64,000 nt of DNA from contig NMRA01000044.1 in the NCBI GenBank assembly GCA_002633005.1, forward strand, positions 400,594-464,593, written 5' to 3'. The notes beneath the pieces are model-generated. The model was not told the origin of the DNA and did not search any database. It worked only from the letters and a program-made list of their open reading frames with translations. The translations under genes and the position numbers were made by a program. Positions 12,208 through 26,220 of the stretch are shown piece after piece; the stretch's first letter is position 1, and each line of letters opens with the position of its first letter. The stretch comes from Phoronis australis. Lineage: Eukaryota; Animalia; Phoronida.

Positions 12208-12615
12208 GCTTTCCCATAAGGGGAACTTCCGTTTACCGAAGCTTCGCCGGAACTTCGTTCACCTTTTCGATTAGACTACGATATTGAAGTTATCGCTAAG
12301 ATACCTGACCACACAGTTCATTCATACCCCCTAACGAATATTGAGTTGTGGGTTCGAGGCTAACTGAAAGTTGTTCTGTCATTTACGAGTATTTATGAAA
12401 ATGATCAGTGTCATTCTTCATCAGATGTGCCTTCTTTTATTTATTAACGTGTGTCTACTCAGAGCACATTGACTACGCTACAATAACAAAAAACATGTTT
12501 TGTGAGTCTTGCGTGATCGTATCTCGTTACCGCAACCTCTACCGATAATTTTGGCGAAGTTTTGCTCTGACCTTTCCCACTACACCATAGTTTCGGTGAA
12601 TACTGAAGCCATATT
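12208..12615 (+). mobile_element. Non-autonomous DNA transposon (possibly PIF/Harbinger-like MITE), copy 1; right end degraded
   Basis: Begins gctttcccataaggggaacttc. Shares atttacgagt...gaaaatgatcagtgtcattcttcatcagatg with the copy at 14627 (inverted) and related segments with the copy at 49141. Confidence 0.65.
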
Positions 12616-14626
12616 TGAATGTGTTTCTATAAAGGAGAACGCTGTGATCTCTTGGCTTTCCTTGTCATGAAAGCGATGGAATACTGTCTAGAGAATTTAG
12701 GATGACGTCCCATGACCCGTGTGAAGCAATACGTTTTTGGAAGGGTTGGCCAAGCCTGTCAAAACTCATGGCTTTTTCACGTTCACTTGGTATGATTTTG
12801 CCCTGAAAGATATTGCTCATGGAAACGGTTTTCTGTCCTGGCGTGGAAAGGTTTTAGATGTGTGTGGCATTGGTTTGGTGACCTGGCTAATGATATATAT
12901 TTTAGGTGAGCTGTAAAAATGTGTCTTTAACCAGATCCTTATCTGATTACTTTGTACAGCAAATTTCCCCAGAAACCTTCAATTTCCATTGTGATCTTAA
13001 GTGGTTGTGTAGGTGTATAACCTAGTGTGGTTGCAATCATCTGCATGTAGTAGTTGTTCAGCCATTAATATTAACCCATCATGCATTGGAAACCAGTCTG
13101 ATCATGCTGTCCTTTTGTACGCCCACTCATCAATGCAATATGTTACAAGTAGCCAGCATGGTGCCCACAAGGCAATGTACTAGGATAATTGTCTGTCTCA
13201 GCCACCCAATTAAATACGCATTTTAAAGAGTCTGCATTGTTAAAACAACCACATATGCTTACTGATCTGATAGCGGGTTAATGAGTGGTTAAACAATGCC
13301 CAGGTCTGGCTAATGCAGGCTGCAACAAAGGGAAACTAGTTTGATTGACAACTGGGTCCTGGAATGATGTCATTAGCTAGTTGTGACGTCTTGGCCCATT
13401 GTTTTGGTTAACTGCATTTTGTGCCTTATTTGTGCCAATTAAGCAGTTTGCAATTACAAACTATACTCCAGGTTTTTGCAACAGCTGTTGAAGTTGGAAT
13501 ATAGGACAATGGTCCGGCTATGGTAGTTCTCCACTCATTTCGCACAGATATAATTGTTAAAAATATTACTTTCTGTTTTTAAAGGGTTACAATATTTGTA
13601 AAAACAAAGGAAACTTCACCTGTTGTTGTATGAAATCTACTCAGTACATTAGCAATACACTATAATTTTCTTAATGTCTATTTTGATTGAGATAATTGAC
13701 ACAATTTGCCAGATTGTGTTAATGCCTAGGGAGAGGGAGTGACCGTTAAGCCGAGTGTGACGTTAAAAAATACAAATTGGGAAATTATGGATGGGTGTTA
13801 AGCTGAACATGGGTATTAAACTAGAGAGTTTGGTATTTTAATGCAGAATCAAAGATTACAGGGCTGCACATTATTTTTATCAGATAGTATTTTGAAGATG
13901 CAATCATTATTAACTTCACGCAAAATTTAAGTGTTTAGTCAAGGACATATTTGCGACGAAATTTGGGGTGCATTATTTTAATTTCAATATTAGTTGTTTC
14001 ACGTCATTAGCATTGATGTAAACTATGGTCAAATGATTGTTAATTAAAGCAACACCAGGTCATGCTAGTAATTAAGAATATGGGTCAAGTTTTGCTATTG
14101 CTCTCATCCACTTAATAATGGACAGATGTTGTTGACTGGTAGTCCAAATGTTTTCACCTGCTGTTGCCAACTGTAGATGTGCCCTGCAGCGGGTTTGTGT
14201 TCTTCTTGTTTGAATAGGCCGCTTCCTGTCGTCAAGGCCCCTATTGAAACCAGAAGAAATGCAATGAAAACTTGCTTGTGAAGAGGCAGTGCTTCATTAT
14301 CCATTATTAATTTAAGCAAACTAATCTGTTGCCTTAAGCCCTGCAGAGACTTGGACTTATTTTCGTCAAGGCAAGAATCTCGTGAGGCAAGCTAGCGTGA
14401 TCACGTGCTTCGGCTGTAATACGTGGCGATATCTCGCGAAGCCTTGTGTGATCTTGCATTTCCCTGAGACTCTCACATCTGAAGAATGCATTCCTGGAGC
14501 CCTGCCTCCAAAGCCACAGAGGCCCTCCTTGTAAAAGCAGTCAGAATACAGTAGTCCCAACATGTGTGCCCCATGGCTCCATGCCATATGCAAATTAGTT
14601 CCTTACAACTTTTCTAGTCACCAACA

Positions 14627-15064
14627 GTGCTTTCCCATTAGAGTCAAAAGCGAGGTTTCAATAAGTGGGAAAGGTTAACTTTGGTGGTTAATCTGTAAGC
14701 AAACCTTCGCTCAAATTAGCAGGATTTCAAAAGCGAAGCTTTGTTACTCGCTGAAACTTCTGTTTAGTGGGAGAGGTCAGAGTGAAACTTCAGCGAAGTT
14801 ATCGGTAGATGTCGCAGCATTGACTAAGGATCATGTGAAACTCTATGAGATATCCCGCAAAACATATTCTTTGTTATTGTAACGTGGCCTCACCTAAATA
14901 AACAAATACACATCTGATGAAGAATGACACTGATCATTTTCACAAACACTCGTAAATCTGGTGTTTACTCCGATGACTGAATCGCCATCTAGCGATAAGT
15001 TCGATAGGTAAGTGAAGTTTCGCTGAAGCTTCGCTAAACTGAAATTCCCTTTATGGGAAAGCAC
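14627..15064 (-). mobile_element. Same MITE family, copy 2, both TIRs present
   Basis: TIRs GTGCTTTCCCAT...ATGGGAAAGCAC, internal cgaagtt/aacttc repeats, reverse-complement match to 12208-12615. Confidence 0.7.
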
Positions 15065-17980
15065 CTCAAGTCACTTGGTAGGTTCCAAGGTCTTGTTTGC
15101 AGGTTCGAAACATTTCGAGGTGAATAGCTCGTGAAGTATCTTTTGTTTCTTTGGGAATTGTGACAAATAATAAATATAGAATTTGAACAGTGGTATGATT
15201 CTGTTGTAGTTATTTTTAAAAACCAAAAAAACGGCTGTTGTAGGTTAGTGCTTGTTTCATTAAGAGAACCGGCACAACTGCATGCATGCAGCCTGTAAAT
15301 CAAACTTAACCAGATTACGTAGCAAACAGCAAATGTTTTGATTTACTCAGCTGGGCTTCACCAGTGGTGCATTTTATTTTTTAATGAAAGTGAGACACAT
15401 TAAGTGTTGTAAATGCTTCTCAGGTTGCTCATTTGGTTCAGCGACGAATCTGGATTGTTTTCGCCGACTGTTTTAACCAATATTCGAAGTAGACTCTCAG
15501 GCGTTTGGGAACAGAATTAATTTCTGGGTCAACTTTCAAGAACCATAAATTATTCAGAAGAATTACCTCTTTCAGGATGTGTCTTCTCTTCTTGACAATT
15601 GTGGTTTGGGTATTAACATGGTCTGCATTAATGTTCAAAGGTTTTGTTTATGAGATGGGATTTCTATTTATTTTTTTCCAAACACTGAATGGAATTTGTT
15701 GCTGAGTAACCTGTCAGTGGGATACAAAAATCTACTGTGAGTGCCCGCAGGTTTATAAGTTGTTCTCCGGGCTCATGAGGGTATTTGTTGCTGAGGAACA
15801 GATCAGCTTTGTGGGTATCCTGTATTCCGAAGGCAAATTGTAGTTGCAGGGCTGAAGAACTTACAGTGATCGTGCACAATAACTCAATCGTTGCTTTCTC
15901 TCAAATTTTCCGGGTCTCATTCCTAACTTATTTCGCTTTAATATAATTACGAAAAAAAAGTTCTGTTATTTTAATGATGATTATCTTGTTACAAATAATA
16001 AAAAAATTACAAGATGTTCTATGCTGAAGAAACCAATCTAATAGTAGACTGCACTTTCCTTAATTGTTATTTCTGCTGAGAAGTTTGACAAAATAAAAAC
16101 TCATCTGTCGGCCATACTGTGTGCTATGTAGGCGAAGAATAGTTTGTACTTGGGGCAAAAATCTTCATCGCTTATGCAACGCAAACTTCAATTTCTATCC
16201 CATAGTTTACGACTTATAATCCACAATTCATCATTGCAACGTGATCAAACAGTCTCTTCATTGGTTAACAGTTGCTAGCTTACGTCAGTATGGTCTTGAA
16301 CGTACTTGCAAAATATTCTTGTTTTTCTCATAAGATATAGAACACTACCCTGGGCTAAGGTGATGATAACCTTTTAGCCTTATCATGTTCTTCAAGGTTG
16401 GATCTACTACCTTGGCCTCTCCAGTTGTGTTGGGAATGGCAACCAAAACATGTATAATGCTGTATTTTTTGGCAATCACTGAAATATCTCATCAGTGTTG
16501 GATAAAATAATTGCCAAGATAGTATTTTTGTCTTTTTTCAAAAGCTTCTAACATTGTTTCTAGTTATCACAATTTTTCTGACTTTTGTCTTGTCGCCACC
16601 TTAAGGCTTCAGTAATGTCCAGTGTAATATGGGTATTTTTCTGCCTGAATGATGCTAGGCTCGCTGTTATGACTGATTGCGGCTCAAAAATAAGCGAATT
16701 GTGTAGTTATTGGTAGCTAAAATTCTGATGTGATGGTCATTCCTAAAGAAACGACTATTTCTCAGGAAATGTTGGTTGTAGAAATTAGGGGAGGGTGCAT
16801 GTGCTCTTGAAAGGGAAAATTTCTAAATTTCTAGGATGGACTATTATGGTAATTCCTTTGTTGTCTCCTGTGTTTTTGATAAATTTCTATTGGAACTTGA
16901 AGGTAATTCCCCTATTGGGAAGTTGATTAACTGCTGGATAATCCCCATATATTCAGCAATGTAATTTATATGATCTTATTTCTAGTGCTTCATTTTTCCA
17001 GGAAATTAATTACTGGAGCTTTCTTTATTACAGTATTATAATAATGACTATAAAATGGAAACTGATTAATTTTTGTAATGACATTTCGCAAAATCCCTTC
17101 TTATTTGTGCAGTCTTAGCTAACTATTGGATAACGTTAGCAGTTTTGCACCGATGCCTCATTGCTAACTTGTAACTGATCTGCACAATATGGCAAAGGTT
17201 TTACGAAGTACGCAATACTTCCAAGAATTGTTTGTGCCTAATTACTATTGTAGGTTCTCAGGCTTGTTCCAGTATCAGATTTCATGTAAAAGTAGTAGTT
17301 ACATAGCTTCGGCCTAGAATAGTTTTCTATGGTTAGAAGAAAAATTGTGAAAAAAAATTCTGATCAGAATCCTCTAGTGCTTACTATTTCTGTTGTCATT
17401 TTCAATAAAAACAAACTTATGCCTTATCTATTTTAATCTATATCTCACCTGCCAGGTGGTAAAATTAGACTTTCATTGGCACACCTGTTTGAGCTCAACA
17501 GTACACCTGAACTTTCTTACTTGTGAAAAGTTTGTCAAGTTTCCAAATTCCTGTGCATGCTTGTTTATGAAATGTTTCACCTTTTCGCCATCTTATGGTT
17601 GTGTTTCATACAACTACCGTAACCAAAATATTGATAATAAAAGGCAACTATTAAAATAGTTGTTGCTGTGAAATTTCCTTTTTATCCCAGGTTCGTAAAT
17701 GTACAGTGTTCCTCAAAAGTCCCTGAGTTTAATAAAAAGGTACCGTAAATATTGCAGGGTTGAAATTATTCATGAATATAGTCTACCTTCTGTGTTTGTG
17801 TCATTGGCACTTTTAACCCTGTTTCAGCCTTATAAACATCAACTTCCATTTCAGGCATATATTCACTTCCTAAACAATGTAATCGTGTTGTTAATCTCTG
17901 TTTCAATTGAAATTTGAATTTCGCTGGCGGCCCTAATTCCTTTAGGAGTGGAGCTAAACCGCTGTGCCAAGCACCTTAAT

Positions 17981-18064
17981 GGGCTTGTCATGAAGCTATA
18001 AGGACTTGTCATGAAGCTATAAGGACTTGTCATGAAGCTATAAGGACTTGTCATGAAGCTATAA
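17981..18064. repeat. 21-bp minisatellite (GGACTTGTCATGAAGCTATAA) x4, truncated at n
   Basis: Directly visible; gives the spurious MTSPYSF repeat ORF. Confidence 0.95.
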
Positions 18065-18065
18065 N

Positions 18066-18196
18066 GGCGGTTAATTGGAAATCTTCAAAAATAGCAGGGG
18101 GGCGGTTAACCGAGCAGTGGGCGGTTAAATCGAAATTCACCTAAAGTAGGGGGTGGGCGGTTAACTGAGCATGGGCGTTAACCCGAACGATTACGG
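18066..18196. mobile_element. Terminal fragment of a Tc2/pogo-like non-autonomous element
   Basis: Ends gcgttaacccgaacgattacgg followed by TA; repeated gggcggttaa subterminal motifs; reverse complement of 62829-62960. Confidence 0.8.
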
Positions 18197-19545
18197 TAGG
18201 TATTTTTCTGCCTGAATGATGCTAGGTTCGCTGTTATGACTGATTGCGGCTCGAAAGTAAGGGAATTGTGTAGTTATTGGTAGCTAAAATTCCGATATGA
18301 TGGGCATTCCTAAAGAAACGACTATTTCTCAGGAAATGTCGATTATATAAATTAGGGGAGGGTGCATGTGTTCTTGAAAGGGAAAATTTCTAAATTTCTA
18401 GGATGGACTATTATTGTAATTCCTTTGTTGTCTCCTGTGTTTTGGATAAATTTCTATCGGAACTTGAAGGTAATTCCCCTATTGGGAAGTTGATTAACTG
18501 CTGGATAATCCTCATATATTCAGCAATGTAATTTATATGGTCTTATTTCTAGTGCTTCATTTTTCCAGGAAATTAATTACTGGAGCTTTCTTTATTAGAG
18601 TATTGTAATAATGACTATAAAATGGAAACTGATTAATTTTTGTAATGACATTTCGCAAAATCCCTTCTTGATTATTTGTGCAGTCTTAGCTAACCATTGG
18701 ATAACGTTGGCAGTTTTTCATCGAAGCCTCATTGCCAACTTGTAACTGATCTAGACGATATGGCAAAGGTTTTACGAAGTACGCAATAGTTCCAAGAATC
18801 GTTTGTGCCTAATTACTATTGTAGGTTCTCAGGCTTCTTCCAGTATCACATTTCATGTAAAAGTAGTAGTTACATAGCTTCGGCCTAGAATAGTTTTCTA
18901 TGGTTAGAAGAAAAATTGTGAAAAAAATTTCTGAATCCTCTAGTGCTTACTATCTCTGTTGTCATTTTCAATAAAAACAAACTTATGCCTTATCTATTTT
19001 AATCTATATCTCACCTGCCAGGTGGTAAAATTAGACTTTCATTCACACACCTGTTTGAGCTCAACAGTACACCGGAACTTTCTCACTTGTGAAAAGTTTG
19101 TCAAGTTTCCAAATTCCTGTGCATGCTTGTTTATGAAATGTTTCACCTTTTTGCCATCTTTTGGTTGCGTTTCATACAACTACTGTAACTAAAATATGAT
19201 AATAAAAGGCAACTATTGAAATAGTTGTTGCCGTGAAATTTCCTTTTTATCCCAGGTTCACAAATGTACAGTGTTCCTCAAATGTCCATGAGTTTAATAA
19301 AAAGGTACCGTAAATATTGCAGGGTTGAAATTATTCATGAATATAGTCTACCTTCTGTGTTTGTGTCATTGGCACTTTTAACCCGGTTTCAGCCATATAA
19401 ACATCAGCTTTCATTGCAGGCATACATTCACTTCCTAAACAATGTAATCGTGTTGTTAACCTCTGTTTCAATTGAAATTTGAATTTCGCTGACGGTCCTA
19501 ATTCCTTTAGGAGTGGAGCTAAACCGCTGTGCCAAGCACCTTAAT

Positions 19546-19681
19546 GGGCTTGTCATGAAGCTATAAGGACTTGTCATGAAGCTATAAGGACTTGTCATGA
19601 AGCTATAAGGACTTGTCATGAAGCTATAAGGACTTGTCATGAAGCTATAAGGACTTGTCATGAAGCTATAAGGACTTGTCA
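19546..19681. repeat. 21-bp minisatellite, about 6.5 copies
   Basis: Directly visible tandem GGACTTGTCATGAAGCTATAA. Confidence 0.95.
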
Positions 19682-22600
19682 CTTGTCTTCAACCTTTAAA
19701 AATCATTTCTGAACTTAGCATTGAACAAGATGAGACAGATTTTAGAACAGTAGTGGCCTGAACTAAAAGTAATGTTTTTACCATGGAGGGATTTGCTACC
19801 CCCCTTGAAGTTGTTGAAGTCTCCCATTTTGCTGTTGTGTTGTGGTGGTTCTATGTCTTGTGGTATTTCCAACGTATCTGTGGTGTTGTACAGATCAAGC
19901 ATACCTCTCGTGGGGCTACTTGCATACGTCCACATCGTTTTCGTTCCCAATCATTCCGTTAACATTATTTCTAACCGCCTGTCGTTTTATTGACGTCAGC
20001 ACGATCAATTTCCGTGGCGATTGATTATGTGTACAAAATCATAGGTAAATTCAACAGTATGATGAGGTGTAGGCGGTTTGGAACTTATTTTAGTGCGTTA
20101 CCATGGTGATAATTTCTGTCATCCTGTTTGGTTGGAGATAATGGCCAGAGGCTACTCTGACGTTCATTCATAAATCTTGACAGAAGGTTATACTTGATTG
20201 TTGACCTAGTAATTAGCAATGATCATGTGTATTTCAAAGTTCTGACATCACCAATCAACCAATCAAGTTCCATGTAAACATATTAGATATTCAGTTTTGA
20301 ACTGCAGTTATCATTATTTACAATTTGTTTTGAACTGCATATTGCTTCCTTGTCATGGTACTAGAACAGTGATTCTTTACCGCTTAAGTACACATGATGG
20401 ACAATTGAAATTTCTTATTGCCAAATGTCTCCGATGAAATAAAGATCAAGAAAATTTAGCTTGACTTGTACTGAGCTTATGTCATAAAACCACAATTGGT
20501 AAAGTTTGCAGTATTAGTGACTATGTAATCAGTGTTACAAAATTAGAAATAGAAAAAGCAGCATTTTGACACTTATTGTGTGCGAAATATGTGAAAAATT
20601 AGAGTAACATAATTAAGTTAATTTGTTCTCGCATTGATTTTTTAGCAGCTGCAATCGTATTAATGCTTGAATTTCAGATGCGGTTTCATCAAAATTGAAA
20701 TGATGATCATCATTAGCTAAATATGGCCGAATGCTTGTCACAACAGTCTACTAATATCTGTCCTCTCTGTCCATCAGTGTTCCAAAGCACTATGTACAAA
20801 TTGGATGGAAGAACTATTCAGCTGACTACCCAACACTCTTTGAGTCTTGGTTGTTGGTTAATGTTTATTTATGCACACAACAGGTTGACCAGCTCTCAAG
20901 TTCTTACTCAAGTCAGTTGACATACCAAATGTTCTTGCTCATTCTCAGCATACTTGGAGCTCTGTGATTGGCTGCTGGCTCTAGGGTCAGCCCAGGGTCA
21001 ATAAGCAACAGCTGTTTTCTTCAGAGCTCAGTTCAGAGCAAGTGTCTGATTGTTGCCTGAGATCTCCACTGCCGAGGACACAAGCATTAGCTGGAAAATA
21101 GTGGTTTTTGGAGTCCCTTAAAATTTCATTGAGACATGTTTTTTGTGGCAGTGGTCAGTCTTGAGCTGGGTGGGAAATTTATTCCTTTGCTTGTCTAGCC
21201 TGATTTAAAAAATTGAAGTCGGCCATAGTTTTCAGTACAGTTCAAGCACACCAGCTGTCACAAACACTGGTTACAATATCATTGGTCATTGTTTTGTATC
21301 TGGGACCATTGTTGACTGAAATTTGCTCAAGTTTTGTCCACAACTCTTCTAAAAACTTGCGTCATAGGCCATGTGACCTTGTGATCTCTCATAGAATGTG
21401 CAGTATTTGTGTCAACGGCTATGGTTGTGACCAATTTGGTGAGTAGGTCTTTTGGAAGTACGTTAAAATGACACCAATTTTGGGCAATAAAATTTGTCAA
21501 AATTACCATTTTCCTGGAACTGCTCCAATTAAGGAATGTGCTTCAGTCTCCAAGTAGTCAGTTGAATGAGATTGCAAATGAGAAAGCTGTTCATGTGAAA
21601 CTACATGTATCTCCATCATACTTTTTAGTAGCAACATCTGATCAAAAGTTTTGATATTTCTGATGTGTTTGCAGCTGAAGTTTCTGTTCATGGGGTATTA
21701 TGAAGGTAACTTTGCTGAAAAGCTGTTCAACCATTCGCAAATTGTAAACATAGGTTATAAATTAAGTCAATCGTTACATCATTGTTAACATCAATAGCAT
21801 TTTGAAATCGAAGCAGTCTTGCTTTACAATATCATATCTTCCACTGCTTGCATCGTTCTTTGAAGTGTCTGTGCTTTGTTTCCCTGATTGTGTCCCAAAT
21901 TGGGAGGATTTTACTGTACTTCTGTTAAACTTGGTAAAGGGATGCCTATAATATAAAGTTGAAAGACGCCTGTTATGTCCTGAAAGTAAAATCTCAGTGC
22001 TTGATATCGCAATAGTTGACCGGAGTTGTGTGACTGTTCTGTGGTTTATCAATTGTTTCCTCTCCCCAAGTATTTATGGGTACTGCATTTCACGTGCATT
22101 GGAACATCTATGTTATATTGTCCAAATTAAGTGACTGATCTTGGACATAAAAAGCAAACAACACTTTTCTAATATGTGTTAAAATCCAAGACTCAAATTT
22201 TACACAAGTGAAATACCTGTTTTCTTACAGGCTTTGCAAATAAGAAAACAATTTTTAGTCTAACTAATTTGTTTATTTATAAAACTTATCTGATTTAAAA
22301 AAAGCTTGGTGCTTCTTTTTTGATTGAGATTTTTAACGTTAGAAGAAAAATGCTCGTGAGATTAATCGTGGCTGTGTGTGTAGTGGGTATGGGCTCTGAA
22401 GAGATCTCTGACATTAAACTGTGTTCACTTCAAAAGATGACACTTGACTAAAAGTACATGTAAATGTTTGCTAATCAACCTCGCACTGAAGAAGTCTTTT
22501 GTTCATCTGAACCTTATGATGAGCGTTTTGTCTTTGCTGATAACTCTGTTTGTGAACATTTGCGTGTTTGATTGGTGTTTATGAGCCGTTGGGTTGAGCC

Positions 22601-23456
22601 TATTTCCGATTAAGCCTTTATTGATTGTCAATGTAAATAATTGTATTGATCTAGTAAATAGCACAAGACCTGTTGAGTTAAAAGAGCTATTTTCCCAGTA
22701 TTTGTAGGAGTGGGCTCATGTTCCAGCAGACTGACCTGAACAAGGTCCATGTTATGTCTTGCGATGAGAAATATAATATATCCTGGGCCTCATAATGTCA
22801 CTGAATAATGTTGATGTATTGTGGTATGCCTTGAAATTCACCTGTTCATTGTAACAGATTAGTATCTGCCTTTGTTATGATTCCATGTTATCAATAACTG
22901 TGAATGGTAATGAAGTGGTTTTCTAGTGTTTTTAACGAGGTACTTCCAAACCTTATTTCTCAAGTTGTAGATCTGTTTGTGAATGCCCCATGTTATTCTC
23001 AACTTTTTATGTTGAGGAAAATCCAAACTGTGAACATTTTCAATATCGCAAATCTACCAAATAAGTTATTTTTTATTAATTGGTGGTTGTTCGTAATGGA
23101 CTCCTGTTTCAAAAACTCGTTTGTGTTGCAATGTTGATATCTCACTGTTTGGTTCACATGAGAGGCAACAACGCTAGCAGTTTCACTGGCTAAAATGGTT
23201 GGAGAAATGCTAGCATTTACCAGATTCAAAATCTGTTGTGTTTTAGGATTATGCTTGTTCAACTGTTTGTTTCAGCCTGTCTCTCATTGCCTACAGGCAT
23301 GAGTTAGAACTCATGGGCTGTAATTTACAAGCTACAGATTTATGTAAACTTTACTTATCTCTTTGGCACTGGTTGCACTGAATGAGTGATGCTGTTCATA
23401 ACCATTGGCTTATGAACAGACGAGCCAATAGCATTGCATTAAGTGTAACATGCGTG

Positions 23457-23718
23457 CATGCACGTATCCAGCCTAAAAATGGGGGGGGGGCTCGAATTTT
23501 TTAGAATGTGGACCTTTTACGAAGATTCACGAGGTGCATGCAGAGCTTTGAATTGTGCATTTTGTCTAATTTTGATTGTTCCTGCTTTCTTAGTGGATTA
23601 TTGTCTCATTTTCTACTTGTTTTCAGAATTTTTTTGTTTCTCTGAAGAGGACCTTGTTGCCCAGTTCGCTTAATAGAGGTGCTCTTTCGAGACCCCGAGC
23701 CCCCCGGGTGTGCGCATG
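23457..23718. mobile_element. Degenerate short MITE (possibly hAT-like)
   Basis: Imperfect TIRs catgcacgtatcc...gggtgtgcgcatg with an inner G-run on the left and C-run on the right. Confidence 0.4.
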
Positions 23719-26220
23719 ACACATGATTACGGGTACACTGGATTTTGAATGGTGTTTATTGAATACCGAATTTAATTTATAGTAAATTCACCTAAGCCTG
23801 GTTTATTTTATTTTATTTTGTTAAATTGTTTTTTTTTTTCAATTTTGCAGTCTTCATTTCATTACAGGTGAGCCCCAATCTGACTTGTGTCAGCTTAATT
23901 TGACTTACTGTAGCCCATTTTTCAGAGATAATCCATGTTTTGTCTAATCATTCTGTGTCTATTGCCTGTCTATGTGTTACAAGGTGTCTATGTAATGATG
24001 TGGATGGTGCTAGACTAATTAATTTTTTTACAATGGCATGCTTGCGCAAAGTAGGATTATTGTTTATAACCCAACTCTAAAATGTACATGCGTGATCCGA
24101 CTAACGTACATGATATTACTATTTTCTGAACCCTTGTGATAGCGATTCAAAAGAGGTATTACTCGTACCTATTGGTCTCTTTTTATTAATGCATTAATTT
24201 TTTTTCCAAGGCATATATTTGTTACGCCGCCCTCTCAGAAAAAATGGTAACTAATACTTAACCTTGACTGAAGTTTGCTGAGGCAGAATGTCACAGAATG
24301 TGGTTGTTTATTTTAGCCTGCCAGTGATATTAGTCATCTAACTTTCACTTGTTTACCACTTGTTTACCACTTGTTAATTAATTCCACTTTTTGTTATCAT
24401 TCCTGCCGAGAGGTGTCGTCGGCTGCCACCTGAGATTGGCGTAGCAAATGAACGCTTCTGAAGAAACGTGAACGTATGAATAAGGAGAGACCATTCGATA
24501 CAAGTAATAGATTTTTGAAATCGTCAGGGTGAGAGGATTCAGAAAATAGTATTATCAATGTCAGATTGTAACACTATCTCAAAGTAATTTTTGATCAAAT
24601 TCGTCCACCTTGCCACAGTTTCTGAATAAGGCTTATGACCACATGGTTTTTCCTAAATGTCTGCTCTGTTTGCCTTATCTTGAAGTTAAAGTTGAAACTC
24701 AGACTAGTGAGGTTCTAGGTGTGGATCCCAAGGGGTGTGGTCCATTTGTATGTTTTGTCTCCACTGATTCCTTTAATTAAATTATGTCTCCTAGAGCAGA
24801 AACTCATTCTTTTACATGTGGTCTTCGTTAGTAATGTAAGAGTTCATCCTCTGGGTCTGCTAATCCCCTTGAAAATGGCGTGAGGGTCTTTGTTGGAAGA
24901 AGATCACTGCAATTATCTCTTGTCTGGTCAAGTGTAGAAGTCACGTTTTTTCAGTTGCTTGGGAATGCTTGTGCACAGTGATTGCGCGCACATTCATTTG
25001 GGTTGAATCTCAAATGTAATACGCCAATGTCTTTGTGAATACCCATCTGCTGACTTTTTAGAGGCGCCACCTTGTGGATACCAAGCCTCCCTTTGATGAG
25101 AGTATTCCTTGACTGATTGCTCATTTATGCCTGTTAAGTAACTTGTATAATTATATGCATGTTCCAAATCAAAAGACAAAAGTAAAAGGGGGTGATTAGT
25201 CAAGGTCGGTCAAAACTTGCCGTACATTGCAGACACAACAAACTCTCTCCTGTAAGATCAGCTTCCTAACTAAACAGTAATGCTGTTGTAGGTAGGAGTG
25301 TTATGAATAAACAATAATTTGTCATCTCACTTCATTTTTGGCTTTGAAAGTTTGAAAAAGTGAGCATTAGTTTATGGGACCAGACATACTGTAGAAGTGG
25401 ACTACTTTCCTTTCACGTTGCAGCTTGCCTTTCATAGTGCGTAAATATGGTATTACCTTTTCATTTAGGTTTTCATCTAGTCATGAATATGCATTTGGTG
25501 ACATCAATTACAGGTCATTAATTATAGCAATCCCATCCTGTAGATCCCTATAAAAATGGCTAAATTTGGCTGACTGGAATATCATATCTCAGAAATGGCT
25601 GATCAGATTCATTTAAAACTTTCAGATACTGCGCTTTATGTACTGATCTTAGAAACACTGTTAGAATTTTTTTTTTAAATGTCCCCCTCATGCACAAGGG
25701 TTTATCAAAAAACGGGTCTTTCATTATTTTCATCAAAAATGTTTTAAAGTTGCATAAAACAAAAGCAAAATGATGTATTAGAAAACTGTAACAGCGTTTT
25801 TGATATCTCACCTTGAACATTTAATCAAATAAAATATGATTATGTTTTTGACATTGTTGTTTTGCTGTCCATGTACCTTTCTTTTTTGCTACATTTTACT
25901 AAAAGACACGGTCACATGTCCCAATTGAAAATCAAATTCTGTGGGCTTTCCATTTTCAGGAAATATATACTATTATTGATTTAAAATCTATAGTTTTCTA
26001 CATTTGGCAAAATTAAGTTCCTGCATAATCTCAAGACACTAAGCACTGGCCATGTTCTTTGTTTTCATCTAGCAACCAAAGGGCGTCTAGACATTTCCTG
26101 CTTAACATTGATCTAGCCTATCCTAACTTGATTTCTTGTGATGTCATTCTGTTCAGTACAGATGACCTCACCGTCAATTTACAAAAAAGAAAAAAGTTCC
26201 TGCAAATCTTCATTAATTGA

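Larger units (their letters stand above)
16632..19681. repeat. Tandem near-identical duplication (16632-18064 vs 18199-~19630), probably two haplotypes assembled in tandem
   Basis: Copies align throughout with scattered SNPs and small indels; the junction is an n at 18065; the ORF track shows paired near-identical ORFs. Confidence 0.85.

Noticed and set aside
17863-19682. MTSPYSF repeat ORFs resembling the RNA polymerase II CTD heptad; array superficially CRISPR-like
   Set aside because: They are the translation of a 21-bp minisatellite, with no spacers, no cas genes and no splice context.
19985-20050. CRE site (TGACGTCA) followed by donor TAG|gtaaat
   Set aside because: The only nearby ATG frame stops at the donor; it could be a non-coding exon but there is no further support.
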